Positions 7,767 through 17,150 of a stretch of 64,000 nucleotides of DNA are shown here, one piece after another. Position 1 is the first letter of the stretch, and the number at the start of each line of letters is the position of its first letter. Under the pieces are notes generated by a model, which had not been told where the DNA came from, searched no databases, and saw only the letters and a program-made list of their open reading frames with translations. A program made the position numbers and the translations under genes. The stretch is from an uncultured Bacillota bacterium (GTDB taxonomy: Bacteria; Bacillota_I; Bacilli_A; RF39; UBA660), in NCBI GenBank assembly GCA_958428295.1, contig CAUAFL010000002.1:2297-66296 (forward strand), written 5' to 3'.

Positions 7767-9192
7767 TTTATGTCACCAAATTTACGAATATGCCTCTCAT
7801 TATACTGGTAATTGTCTAAGTTGCGGTGCTCCTTTTAAATTTTTAGAAGTAGTGGAAGAGAAGACGGTTAGTTTAAAAAATGTAGTGCGCTTGGATCCTA
7901 GCAATGTAGCCATTGAACGAATTGTTGAAAAGTGCATTGATTGTGGTCGTTGTCGCAGTGTTTGTGAAAAACTAGTGGGTATTTACTATGATGATAAGAA
8001 AGCCCAAGAGGCAATTTGTATTCATTGTGGGCAGTGTATTCAAAATTGTCCTGTGGGTGCTTTAGTGCCACGCTATCACTATAAGAGGGTATTAAATTAC
8101 CTTCATGACACCGATAAGATTGTGACGATTTCCATAGCACCGGCTGTTCGAGTATCAATTGGAGAGGCTTTTGGAATGGCTCCTGGTACTTTTGTCGAAC
8201 AACAATTAGTTGGTTCGTTAAAACAATGTGGGTTTGATTATGTATTTGATGTTACCTTTGGTGCTGATATGACAATTATGGAAGAAGCTTGGGAATTATT
8301 GGAGCGTCTTAAACAAAAACAATCCCTTCCTATGTTTACTAGTTGTTGTCCAGCTTGGGTAAAGTATTTGGAAATTTATCATCCTACGTTATTAGAACAT
8401 TTGTCTACTACTAAAAGTCCCGTGGCAATTCAGAGTACTTTGTTAAATTCTTATTTTTTAGAAATGAAGAATATAAAAAAACAGGATATTATTCATGTAG
8501 TGGTAGTTCCTTGTACTGCTAAAAAGTTTGAAATTACAAGACAGTCGGACGGTATGGATATAGCGATTACTACCAGTGAGTTATCACTTCTATTAAAAGA
8601 AAGTGGTATTTCTCTTAAAAAAGTGAAAGAGACAGCTTTCGATAAGTTATTAGGAAAAGGTAGTGGAGCTGGAACTATTTTTGGTAGTAGTGGAGGCGTT
8701 TTAGAGGCTGCTTTACGAACGGCTTATTACTTTGCTACTAATCAGGCTCCGCCTCCTGCATTTCTTAACTTTAAAGAGGTTCGTGGTACTCCTGGTTTGA
8801 AGGAAGCAACGGTTGTGCTTGCTGGTACCACTTTGCGTGTAGCGGCTATTTATGGCTTACCTCTTGTAGAACCAATTTTACAAGCCTTAGAGCGAGGAGA
8901 GTGCCCCTATGATTTTATAGAGGTTATGAATTGCCCTCTTGGATGTGTTGGCGGGGGTGGACAAATTTTAGGTGTGGTCAGTCAACAATTAGCAGTTGCT
9001 TCTAAGAGAAGCTTGAGCTTGTATCAGGACGATATTCGTAGTATGATACATAGTAGTTATGAAAATGAAGAAGTTAAAGAAGTTTATCGTAGCTATTTTA
9101 TTTGTCCAGGAAGTAGAAAAGCACGCTGCCAATTGCATACCAGTTATCAAGATAGAAGTGCTATATTAGGAGACCCGGTCTCTTTAATATAA
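7750..9192 (+). CDS. [FeFe]-hydrogenase catalytic subunit with an N-terminal 4-Cys ribbon and two ferredoxin-type 4Fe-4S motifs
   Basis: H-cluster motifs are present: FTSCCPAWV, VPCTAKKFE and EVMNCPLGCVGGGGQ. Upstream are CIDCGRCRSVC and CIHCGQCIQNCP, and the N-terminus has CSLC..x13..CLSC. ATG 7750 follows an AAGGAG RBS and overlaps the Fur-family stop by 17 nt. Confidence 0.85.
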   Translation: MKRKCSLCHQIYEYASHYTGNCLSCGAPFKFLEVVEEKTVSLKNVVRLDPSNVAIERIVEKCIDCGRCRSVCEKLVGIYYDDKKAQEAICIHCGQCIQNCPVGALVPRYHYKRVLNYLHDTDKIVTISIAPAVRVSIGEAFGMAPGTFVEQQLVGSLKQCGFDYVFDVTFGADMTIMEEAWELLERLKQKQSLPMFTSCCPAWVKYLEIYHPTLLEHLSTTKSPVAIQSTLLNSYFLEMKNIKKQDIIHVVVVPCTAKKFEITRQSDGMDIAITTSELSLLLKESGISLKKVKETAFDKLLGKGSGAGTIFGSSGGVLEAALRTAYYFATNQAPPPAFLNFKEVRGTPGLKEATVVLAGTTLRVAAIYGLPLVEPILQALERGECPYDFIEVMNCPLGCVGGGGQILGVVSQQLAVASKRSLSLYQDDIRSMIHSSYENEEVKEVYRSYFICPGSRKARCQLHTSYQDRSAILGDPVSLI

Positions 9193-9225
9193 ATAAATCA
9201 GTAAGTAGAAAGAAGGAGAAAATTA

Positions 9226-9771
9226 ATGATGGAATTAAAAGGAAGTAAAACAGAACAAAATTTAATGACTGCTTTTGCAGGAGAAAGTCAGGCACGAAAT
9301 AAGTATACGTATTATGCTTCAAAGGCTAGAAAAGATGGTTATGAACAGATTGCTGCCATTTTTGAAGAGACTGCTAATAATGAAAAAGAACATGCTAAAT
9401 TATGGTTTAAAGAACTTCATGGTGGCGATATTGCCGATACGATGACCAATCTTGAAGATGCTGCCGCAGGAGAGAATTATGAGTGGACCGATATGTATAA
9501 AGAGTTTGCTGAAACAGCGAAAGAAGAAGGATTTCAACGTTTAGCATTCTTATTTGAGAGTGTTGCTAAAATCGAAAAAGAACATGAAGAGCGATATTTA
9601 ACCCTATTACAAAATGTTAAGGATGATAAAGTATTTCATAAAGATGGTGATAAAATTTGGGTTTGTCGTAATTGCGGTCATGTCTATGTTGGCAGTGATG
9701 CCCTTGAAGTTTGTCCGGTATGTAATCATCCTAGAAGTTTTATGGAAGTTAAAGCAGATAATTATCAATAA
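9226..9771 (+). CDS. rbr: Rubrerythrin
   Basis: The di-iron four-helix domain shows ExxH motifs ([18 protein letters not shown]). The C-terminus is a rubredoxin-like CRNCG..CPVC. Confidence 0.9.
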   Translation: MMELKGSKTEQNLMTAFAGESQARNKYTYYASKARKDGYEQIAAIFEETANNEKEHAKLWFKELHGGDIADTMTNLEDAAAGENYEWTDMYKEFAETAKEEGFQRLAFLFESVAKIEKEHEERYLTLLQNVKDDKVFHKDGDKIWVCRNCGHVYVGSDALEVCPVCNHPRSFMEVKADNYQ

Positions 9772-9775
9772 TTCA

Positions 9776-9801
9776 AAAAAGAGTTTCACGACTCTTTTTT
9801 T
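9776..9801 (+). terminator. Rho-independent terminator after rbr
   Basis: Stem AAAAAGAGT / ACTCTTTTT with a 6-nt loop, followed by a T-run. Confidence 0.6.
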
Positions 9802-9810
9802 CATTTAAAA

Positions 9811-9833
9811 AATAATGGCCAAAAGCCATTATT
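9811..9833 (-). terminator. Terminator hairpin for the convergent LCP gene
   Basis: Perfect 9-bp stem AATAATGGC / GCCATTATT with a 5-nt loop. A T-rich tract follows on the minus strand. Confidence 0.5.
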
Positions 9834-9839
9834 TGTTTT

Positions 9840-11834
9840 CTATTCTGATGGTACGGAAGGATCGGTTTCTTCTTTTTCTGGTGGTGTTACTTCATCGGGA
9901 TCGTTTTTATTATTTTCTTGATCGCCTTCCTCCTTCTTTTTGTCGTCACTTTCTTCGGGATTATCAGGAGTATTATTGGTGCTATTATTTTTATTGTTGT
10001 TAGTACTGTTGTTATTAGGAGTATTCTTATTGCCAGATAGGGTAAGTGTGACACTACCGGAAATTAGATCGACTCGTTTACTTGCAGGTTGACTTTGACT
10101 TATTACGGTTCCACCACTACCGACAAAGGAAACACGAACGCCATTGCGACTAGCCCAACTCCTAGCTTGACTTTCACTGTCACCGATAAAGCTTGGTAGT
10201 AGGGTGTAACTAAAACCCGTTTTGTATGGTCCAGCTCCAGTTACAGGAACTTCATAGGGTTCGTTAATTGAGAAAGAAAATTCTTTTTCCATAGTTGGCT
10301 GTTTTTGGCCTAAATTAATTTTCATCGCTTCAATAATGTCTTTTCGACTAGCAGGATTGGGTACATAGTCCCATAGGACTAATCGACTTCTTTCATCATA
10401 AATTTTTTGCCCACTACCAAGGAGATAAAGTTGCTCAATATTAATTAGGTCAGCGTCGTCTTTTTGTAGAGCATGGTTCATAATATCTTTAGCGATGTCA
10501 TAAAAAGATAGGATTTGTTTTGTAGTGAAGTTAGTATCTAGATTATTGGAAATGGTATTTAAAAGATCCATTACCTGGTTGATATTCTTCATATCTTTGA
10601 CTTTATTAACGATTCCCTGTACGACAATTTGTTGGTTGAGCCCCCGATCTAAGTCTCCATTGGCTAATTGTTTTCTATTACGTGATAACACTAGAGCTTG
10701 TTCACCATTTAGAGTTTGTAGTCCTTGTTTTACACAAACCGTTCCTTCTCGATTAGAATTATCTGTACATAAGTCTTGTGGCACTTCTACGGTAATACCA
10801 CCTAACGTGTCTACGAGACTCACTAGTCCTCTAAAGTTAATTTTGGCATAGTAATCAATAGTAACATCAAAATAATTCTCAATTGTTTGCATCATACAGT
10901 CGGTTCCATAAGCTGCGGCATGAGTGATTTTATTTTCGGCTTTATTACTCCAACAAGCAATGGGGACATAACTATCTCGTGGAATACTTAGCATTGTAGC
11001 GTTTAGGGTTTTAGGATTGAAGGTAATGAGAATTAAACTATCTCCATTAGCTACGGTGTTTTTACTTAATCCTTCATCTGTGGAGTCTACGCCCATTAAT
11101 AAAATAGTAAATGGTTCTGTAATACTTTTGCCATTAGAGGCTGTTTCTCGATGACTAGTAGAAGCTTTTAATAATTTTTTTTCTAAAGTGATAATGATTT
11201 TGGTGTCGTCACTGATGTGTTCATAAGTATCAATACTATTAAACATACTAGGATAGTCCGTTGTAATAAACATAGAATCAATGTCACCACTGTATAAATC
11301 AGCTAGCATGGTTGAATAATCATCGTATTTTTTAAAGGTGTTATCTTTTTCTTTCAAATTGTTTTCTTTAATGATCATTTGGGGAATGAGATAACCATCG
11401 GGAGAGCTCTTGTCCTTGATAATACCGATTTTTTGTTTTTTTATGGCATTTATGTCATTTGCGGGGTTGTTTTTCATGGTGATAAGACTGCTAGAGTAAG
11501 TAACATAAGTTTTATTAATTCCTTTGATATTGCCATAGATGAACATAATAGCCATACTTACTAGTAGATTTATTAGTAAATATAAAATCATGAATGTGGT
11601 TAATAATTTGACTTTTTTTTCTTTATGTTTTCGTTTAGAGTGAATTTTAAAGACGATGATTAAATCAAGAACGATAAGTATGCCAATGATAATATAGCGT
11701 AATATTTCTTCGATGGGTCCTAGTAGTAGGATATTGTATATAGTAAAAGCATTTATTAGTAGCAGTAGTATGCCAAAAATAACTAACCAAGTGCGTTTTT
11801 TCTTTGTTTCAGTAGTTTCTTTTTTCTTTTTCAT
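9840..11834 (-). CDS. LCP (LytR-CpsA-Psr) family glycopolymer transferase with N-terminal TM bundle, extra extracytoplasmic domain, PASTA-like domain and Asn/acidic low-complexity tail
   Basis: The LCP core is recognisable (ILLMGVDS, SLILITFNP, LSIPRDSYV, INFRGLV). The PASTA-like segment is LLPSFIGDSESQARSWASRNGVRVSFVG..VISQSQPA. I moved the start to the MKKKK ATG (11834), which follows GGAGGAAG. Confidence 0.8.
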   Translation of the reverse strand: MKKKKETTETKKKRTWLVIFGILLLLINAFTIYNILLLGPIEEILRYIIIGILIVLDLIIVFKIHSKRKHKEKKVKLLTTFMILYLLINLLVSMAIMFIYGNIKGINKTYVTYSSSLITMKNNPANDINAIKKQKIGIIKDKSSPDGYLIPQMIIKENNLKEKDNTFKKYDDYSTMLADLYSGDIDSMFITTDYPSMFNSIDTYEHISDDTKIIITLEKKLLKASTSHRETASNGKSITEPFTILLMGVDSTDEGLSKNTVANGDSLILITFNPKTLNATMLSIPRDSYVPIACWSNKAENKITHAAAYGTDCMMQTIENYFDVTIDYYAKINFRGLVSLVDTLGGITVEVPQDLCTDNSNREGTVCVKQGLQTLNGEQALVLSRNRKQLANGDLDRGLNQQIVVQGIVNKVKDMKNINQVMDLLNTISNNLDTNFTTKQILSFYDIAKDIMNHALQKDDADLINIEQLYLLGSGQKIYDERSRLVLWDYVPNPASRKDIIEAMKINLGQKQPTMEKEFSFSINEPYEVPVTGAGPYKTGFSYTLLPSFIGDSESQARSWASRNGVRVSFVGSGGTVISQSQPASKRVDLISGSVTLTLSGNKNTPNNNSTNNNKNNSTNNTPDNPEESDDKKKEEGDQENNKNDPDEVTPPEKEETDPSVPSE

Positions 11835-12001
11835 AACTTCCTCCATTTAGTGTACCATTCTATTATAGATGATATTCTATCTTTTTTCAATCATTGTGCC
11901 TTTGAAAAATTTGTCAAGTTTACGATCGATTATGAGGAAAGGACTTTAGTATTTACTTTTGATAGGTTATAATGTATTTAGAAGGATAGGAGGTGTTAGG
12001 T

Positions 12002-13807
12002 ATGAAGCGAAAATTGTCGTTTTTGGTCGTGGTAGTAGGATTGCTTTTTTGCTTTATTCCTAATGTTTTTGCAGAAGAATATATTGTTTTAAACACCAAT
12101 AAATACTTTCGGTCGAAACCGGGAGGAAGTTTGTTAACGGAGGCGGTGACCGATGGAGTATTATTAAGTGGTTATAAAGTAATTGTCCTTGATAAAAATA
12201 CAGCTAGTGGGAATGGTTGTAAGAATTCTTGGTATAAAGTTCGTTATCATGAAAGTGAAGGCTATATTTGTTCTTCTGATCAAGTAGTGCAGGAGACTGC
12301 TTCTGTGGATATGAATGCTGACTTTGAACAGCAAATGCTTCAAAAGGGCTTTCCTAAAAGCTATTTACCATATTTAAAAGCTTTGCATCAAAAGCATCCA
12401 AATTGGACATTTAGTGCCTTACTCACTAATCTTTCTATTGATGAGGCTAGTTATAATGAGAATATTGGTGATATTTCTGTGGTGGATGGTAGTGATGAAA
12501 GTTTACGAGCCGTAGATAGTAATGGTAATTTTATTCCTTCTAATGAGAAAGGTTGGTATATTGCTAGTCGCAGTACTGTTAAGTATTATATGGATCCACG
12601 AAATTTCTTATCAGAAGCTTATATCTTTATGTTTGAAAATCTAGGTTATCATAGTGCTGTTCATACGCGTAAAGCGGTTGCTGGAGTAACCGCTGGGACA
12701 TTTCTTGCCACTGATGAGTATTTAGATTTATTGATGAAAAGCGCTGCCACCTATCATGTTAGTCCTGTCTATTTAGCAAGTCGCATTCGTCAGGAAAAGG
12801 GGACAACGGGTGGCCTTGGTACGGATGGGGCTCCGTTTACCTTTGCCGTTGATCAAAGTTGTTTAGCTAGTCAAGGATATCATGATAGTAGTAGTTGGAA
12901 TGCTAAAAATGATTGTGGTAGTGGTTTAACTTATCAAGGTATTTATAACTTTTATAATATTGGCGCTTATAGTGCTTATCAATCAGCCGTTATTAGGGGG
13001 CTTATCTGGGGAAATGGTGGTTTTGATGCTAGTGTGACTAGTTATTTACGACCTTGGAATAGTAAAGAAAAGGCTATTTTAGGGGGTGCTAGTTATATTG
13101 CAGAAAAATTTATTAGTAAAGGTCAACATACACTTTATTTACAACGATTTAATGTGGCACCAGGGGCAAGTTACCCAACTTACACGCATCAGTATATGAC
13201 AAATATTAGGGCACATGCGAGTGAGGCTTATAAGATTTATCAAAGTTATCAAGCAAATGATCTATTAGAAAATGATTATGAATTTTTAATTCCTGTTTAC
13301 CAAGGATTAGATGATAGTAGTAGTGAAGTGATACCTGATAGTAACGATGAAAAAGAAGAGGAAGTACCAGTGATGGCAATTTCAACAGCGCTTACGGGTC
13401 GTGGTTATAAGATTGATCAGCAATGGTTGTCTGGTATTGGTTTTAATCGCTCTATTGATACGTTAAAGAGTGATTTACGTAGTACTTATGATAAAATGCA
13501 AGTGGTTAGTTTCAAAGATAAATATGGAAATACGGCTGGTGGTAATATTGGTACAGGAGATACCTTAACTATTAGTAATGGGAAAGATACTGTTACTTAT
13601 ACGGCCCTTGTTTATGGTGATAATAATGGAGATGGCAAGACAACGATTTTAGATTTATTACGAGTTCAAAAGTATATTTTAGGCAGTGGTAATTTATCGG
13701 ATGTTGAAGTGCGTGCTAGTGATACTAATCGGGATGGTAAGGTAAATGTGGTTGATTTATTACGTATTCAGAAACAGATTATTGGTAATATTCAAATAGA
13801 ACAGTAG
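12002..13807 (+). CDS. Secreted peptidoglycan hydrolase: signal peptide, SH3b-like domain, glucosaminidase-like (GH73-type) domain, C-terminal type-I dockerin module
   Basis: The signal peptide ends in VFAEE. The SH3-like region includes NSWYKVRYHESEGYICS. The glucosaminidase-like motifs are VSPVYLASRIRQEKG, YNFYNIGAY and YLQRFNV. The dockerin duplicated Ca-binding loops are DNNGDGKTTILDLLRVQKYILG and DTNRDGKVNVVDLLRIQKQIIG (nt ~13615-13790). ATG 12002 lies 8 nt after GGAGG. Confidence 0.7.
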   Translation: MKRKLSFLVVVVGLLFCFIPNVFAEEYIVLNTNKYFRSKPGGSLLTEAVTDGVLLSGYKVIVLDKNTASGNGCKNSWYKVRYHESEGYICSSDQVVQETASVDMNADFEQQMLQKGFPKSYLPYLKALHQKHPNWTFSALLTNLSIDEASYNENIGDISVVDGSDESLRAVDSNGNFIPSNEKGWYIASRSTVKYYMDPRNFLSEAYIFMFENLGYHSAVHTRKAVAGVTAGTFLATDEYLDLLMKSAATYHVSPVYLASRIRQEKGTTGGLGTDGAPFTFAVDQSCLASQGYHDSSSWNAKNDCGSGLTYQGIYNFYNIGAYSAYQSAVIRGLIWGNGGFDASVTSYLRPWNSKEKAILGGASYIAEKFISKGQHTLYLQRFNVAPGASYPTYTHQYMTNIRAHASEAYKIYQSYQANDLLENDYEFLIPVYQGLDDSSSEVIPDSNDEKEEEVPVMAISTALTGRGYKIDQQWLSGIGFNRSIDTLKSDLRSTYDKMQVVSFKDKYGNTAGGNIGTGDTLTISNGKDTVTYTALVYGDNNGDGKTTILDLLRVQKYILGSGNLSDVEVRASDTNRDGKVNVVDLLRIQKQIIGNIQIEQ

Positions 13808-13815
13808 GTGAAAAA

Positions 13816-15120
13816 ATGAAAAACAAACTCATTCTTATTATAATTATCATGGGTTTCCTGTTTTTGCCACTTAAGGTAGAGGCGGCTTCCATTTCTGTTG
13901 CGGGAACGAAGGCTAGTGCCGTTGTGGGGGGGAGTGTTACGGTGAAAGTAACACTTAAAGAAAGTAAAGGACTTGGTAGTTGGGAATTTAGTCTTTCTTA
14001 TGATAGTGATAAATTACAACTCACAAGTGGGAATGCTCATGTCGTTGATTACGTTCAAGGAGCAGGTCAGACTAGTAAAACCTATACTTATACCTTTCGG
14101 GTGAAAGGAAAAGGCCAGGCTAAGATTTCTGTTGTTAATGCTTCCATTGCTGCTTGGGATGAATCCCTTTCTACGCCTAGTGATAGCACGATAATTGAGT
14201 GTATTACGCAACAACAAGTAGCCGATAGTTATAGTAGTAATAACTATTTGAAAAATCTTACAGTAGAAGGACAAACTCTTAATTTTGACAAAAATACTTT
14301 AGATTATTACTTAGCGGTAGCGTCTTCTGTTACTACGGTTAATATTAATGCTGAAAAAGAGGATGGTAAGGCTAGTATTCAAGGAATAGGGCAATTTGAT
14401 GTCCATGAGGGTGCGAATGTTTTTGATATCGTGGTGACAGCAGAAAATGGCAGTCGTCGTACCTATAAAATTACAGTACAGGTGGAAGAACTTAATCCGG
14501 TGACGATAAAAGTAGCAGGTAAAGAGTATACCGTTGTACGAAAAAGTACGGAATTAACAGATCTGTTACCAAAGCATGTAGAAGAGACCACTATCAAAAT
14601 TGGTAAGGAAGAGGTATTAGCTTATCGAAATAGTGTTTTAAAATTGACGTTATTAGCCTTAAAAGATAAAAAGGGTAATATTCAATTTTATTCTTATGAC
14701 AAGGGAACGTATCAGAAGTATCAAGAGATGACCGCGGGTAATTTGACGGTATATGTAGTTAACAATCAGAAGAAAATTCCTGATGGTTACCAAAAGAAAA
14801 CTATCAAAATTGCTGGTATAAGTTATGATTTTTATCAATTGCCACAAAATGATGAATTCTATGTTTTTTACGGTAAAAATGTTGAGACTGGAAAAGCTTC
14901 ACTTTATGTATACGATATAATGGATAAGAGTTTGCAGCGATATAATGATGGACAACAAATAAAATTGCAAGAAAAGGTTACTTTACAATCCTACCTTATT
15001 ATTGGACTTTTAGGCTTGGTTATTATCTTATTGCTTGTCTTCTTATTTGCGCTTAGAACAAAAAAGAAGACAACCAAAAAGAAAAGGGAGAGAAAAGAAC
15101 AAAAAGAATTCTTGAAATAA
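13816..15120 (+). CDS. Membrane-anchored cohesin-domain protein with a cadherin-like beta-sandwich domain
   Basis: It has a signal peptide and a cohesin-like module (ISVAGTKASAVVGGSVTVKVTLKESKGLGSWEFSLSYDSDKLQL, nt ~13885-14190). The cadherin-like beta-sandwich pattern reads YLKNLTVEGQTLNFDKNTLDYYLAV...GANVFDIVVTAENGSRRTYKITV. The C-terminus is a TM helix plus a Lys/Arg-rich tail. Confidence 0.6.
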   Translation: MKNKLILIIIIMGFLFLPLKVEAASISVAGTKASAVVGGSVTVKVTLKESKGLGSWEFSLSYDSDKLQLTSGNAHVVDYVQGAGQTSKTYTYTFRVKGKGQAKISVVNASIAAWDESLSTPSDSTIIECITQQQVADSYSSNNYLKNLTVEGQTLNFDKNTLDYYLAVASSVTTVNINAEKEDGKASIQGIGQFDVHEGANVFDIVVTAENGSRRTYKITVQVEELNPVTIKVAGKEYTVVRKSTELTDLLPKHVEETTIKIGKEEVLAYRNSVLKLTLLALKDKKGNIQFYSYDKGTYQKYQEMTAGNLTVYVVNNQKKIPDGYQKKTIKIAGISYDFYQLPQNDEFYVFYGKNVETGKASLYVYDIMDKSLQRYNDGQQIKLQEKVTLQSYLIIGLLGLVIILLLVFLFALRTKKKTTKKKRERKEQKEFLK

Positions 15121-15167
15121 GAATGCTTTTTCTTAAAACTGATCAAACTATACTAGGAGTGATAGCA

Positions 15168-15782
15168 ATGAATGTTAAAAAGAAAAGACGGGTACTATTA
15201 TTATTAGGATTAGGCTTTTTTTTGATCGTTGGAGGAATTACTTGTTATTTAGTTATTAATTACCAAGACGATCAACATGCAACTAAGGTCCGAATGGAGC
15301 AAGTTTCTAATTTGTATGATACTTTTAAAGAAGATGTTACTGCTTTTAATGAGGCGAAAAAGAAAATCTATCAAAATGTTATGAAAGATATGTATTATCA
15401 GACGTTAAAAGAGAATGATCAACAATTTAAGAGCTTGTTTGCTTCTTATTTAAAAAGTTTAGAAAAATTAGATAAGGATTATGATAAATTAAAAAATAAG
15501 TGTATAAATGTATTGTATCCTGAGGTAAATATCAATCATAAATGTGAAGCTTTTCTTTTAGCGTATGAAGAGGCTGTCAACACATATCTTAGTGATGTGG
15601 AAGCTTATAATAATAATATTAAAGCTTATAATAATTGGTTGAAAGAGACCAATAGTGCGGAGCCGTTATTAACTATGATTTCTTTACACCGTGAATATTT
15701 GGATGTTGATGGTGATCGAAAGTATCGAGGAAAAGCTGAAAGTGATGTAGGAGATTTAACAGATGAGGAAGCAAAGAAATAA
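15168..15782 (+). CDS. Hypothetical single-pass membrane protein (coiled-coil-rich ectodomain)
   Basis: The MNVKKKRRV start follows an AGGAG RBS. There is one N-terminal TM and no recognised domain. Confidence 0.5.
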   Translation: MNVKKKRRVLLLLGLGFFLIVGGITCYLVINYQDDQHATKVRMEQVSNLYDTFKEDVTAFNEAKKKIYQNVMKDMYYQTLKENDQQFKSLFASYLKSLEKLDKDYDKLKNKCINVLYPEVNINHKCEAFLLAYEEAVNTYLSDVEAYNNNIKAYNNWLKETNSAEPLLTMISLHREYLDVDGDRKYRGKAESDVGDLTDEEAKK

Positions 15783-16854
15783 TGATTTAGAGAAAACAGT
15801 GGTCATGCCTGAAATTGCCGTTGTATTGAAAAAGAAACATAAAAAGGGAAAATTACCTCTTATACTTGCTAGTTTGCTGATTATTGGTAGTAGTATGGGA
15901 TTATTTCTTTTTTATGGTCCTTTTTCCTTTTTTCGGGATTTTTGGATTACTTCCGCCATGACTACGATGACGCATCAATATTTGGCTACTTGGTTTTATA
16001 ATCAAAAGACCATTGACTTAGTATTAGCTCGTAATCATATTGTAGAAGTTGATGATACTACTAATCCAGATTTAATTAATATTCATCAATATGATCAAAA
16101 TCAAACAATTTATAAGAATGAATATGAAAAAGAAATCTTGACAAAAGACGAAGGAAATGATTTATTTAAATTAATTCACGTTTCAGGGGCTGGATACCAA
16201 GGGTATTTAGTAGCCATTTATGATCCTTCTAAAGTAGCCATTGCCACTACTAAGTATTTGGGAAAACGAGGAGAAGCTATTACGACGGTGGCGAAACGAG
16301 AAAATGCTCGTATTGCTATGAATGCTGGTGGCTTTTATGATCCTGATTGGAATAGTAATGGAGCGTTACCGCATGGGACAGTAATTAGTAATGGAAAAAT
16401 TGTTAGTGACTATCAAGATGCTGTTATGGGCGGTGGCTTTGTTGGATTTAATAAGGAAAATAAGTTAGTGCTTGGGAAAATGAGTGCTGATGAAGCAATC
16501 CGAGCAGGCCTCCGTGATGCGATTGAGTTTGGACCCTTTTTGATTGTTAATGGTCAAAGTTCTTTTGTTAAAGGAAATGGTGGATGGGGGATTGCTCCAC
16601 GAACAGCCATAGGGCAAAGAGCTGATGGGATTGTTTTGTTTTTAGTCATTGATGGTAGATTATCTACTTCTATTGGTGCTGATATGGGTGATTTAACAGA
16701 GATTATGGAAAACTATGGTGCTATTAATGCTGCAAATATGGATGGTGGTAGTTCTTCAGAATTAGTGATTGATCACAAAATTATTAATCGACCAGTAGCG
16801 GCTGGAAGCCAGGGGTTAAGAGATATGCCCACTTTTTGGATTGTTAAAGATTAA
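15763..16854 (+). CDS. Phosphodiester glycosidase family protein (DUF2233/NAGPA-like), N-terminally membrane anchored
   Basis: Family-typical segments are present: ARIAMNAGGFYDP, PRTAIGQRADGIVLFLVIDGR and NMDGGSSSELV. It overlaps the upstream gene by 20 nt. Confidence 0.75.
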   Translation: MRKQRNNDLEKTVVMPEIAVVLKKKHKKGKLPLILASLLIIGSSMGLFLFYGPFSFFRDFWITSAMTTMTHQYLATWFYNQKTIDLVLARNHIVEVDDTTNPDLINIHQYDQNQTIYKNEYEKEILTKDEGNDLFKLIHVSGAGYQGYLVAIYDPSKVAIATTKYLGKRGEAITTVAKRENARIAMNAGGFYDPDWNSNGALPHGTVISNGKIVSDYQDAVMGGGFVGFNKENKLVLGKMSADEAIRAGLRDAIEFGPFLIVNGQSSFVKGNGGWGIAPRTAIGQRADGIVLFLVIDGRLSTSIGADMGDLTEIMENYGAINAANMDGGSSSELVIDHKIINRPVAAGSQGLRDMPTFWIVKD

Positions 16855-16868
16855 CAATTCTCTTTTAT

Positions 16869-16954
16869 GCGAGAGTGGCGGAATGGTAGACGCGCTACCT
16901 TGAGGTGGTAGTGATGGGTTCATCGTGGGAGTTCAAATCTCCTTTCTCGCACCA
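16869..16954 (+). tRNA. tRNA-Leu (anticodon GAG), CCA encoded
   Basis: The sequence folds as a cloverleaf by hand. The acceptor is GCGAGAG/CTCTCGC, the anticodon stem is CTACC/GGTAG with loop TTGAGGT, there is a long variable arm, the T-arm reads GGGAGTTCAAATCTCC, and the 3' end is CCA. Confidence 0.9.
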
Positions 16955-16999
16955 TTGAGGTTAAAAGTCGCACTTTAGCGATTAACTATATATAAAGTT

Positions 17000-17027
17000 C
17001 ATAATATTTGATATTATGGGCTTTTTT
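17000..17027 (+). terminator. Rho-independent terminator after tRNA-Leu
   Basis: Stem CATAATAT / ATATTATG with loop TTG, followed by GGCTTTTTT. Confidence 0.6.
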
Positions 17028-17150
17028 GGTATATAAAAATGAAGGAAGAACAGCAAACTAAAGTGAGTGCTGGCTTATCCTAGAGTGCCATTGTAATACA
17101 CTCTCAATATTCTAAAAATTATAAAACAAATAGAAAAAAATCCTTTTTAT

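Noticed and set aside
9607-10003. Three 62-65-aa ORFs lie around the rbr 3' end and the LCP 3' end.
   Set aside because: They overlap the confident rubrerythrin and LCP coding regions or the terminator hairpins, and none has an RBS.
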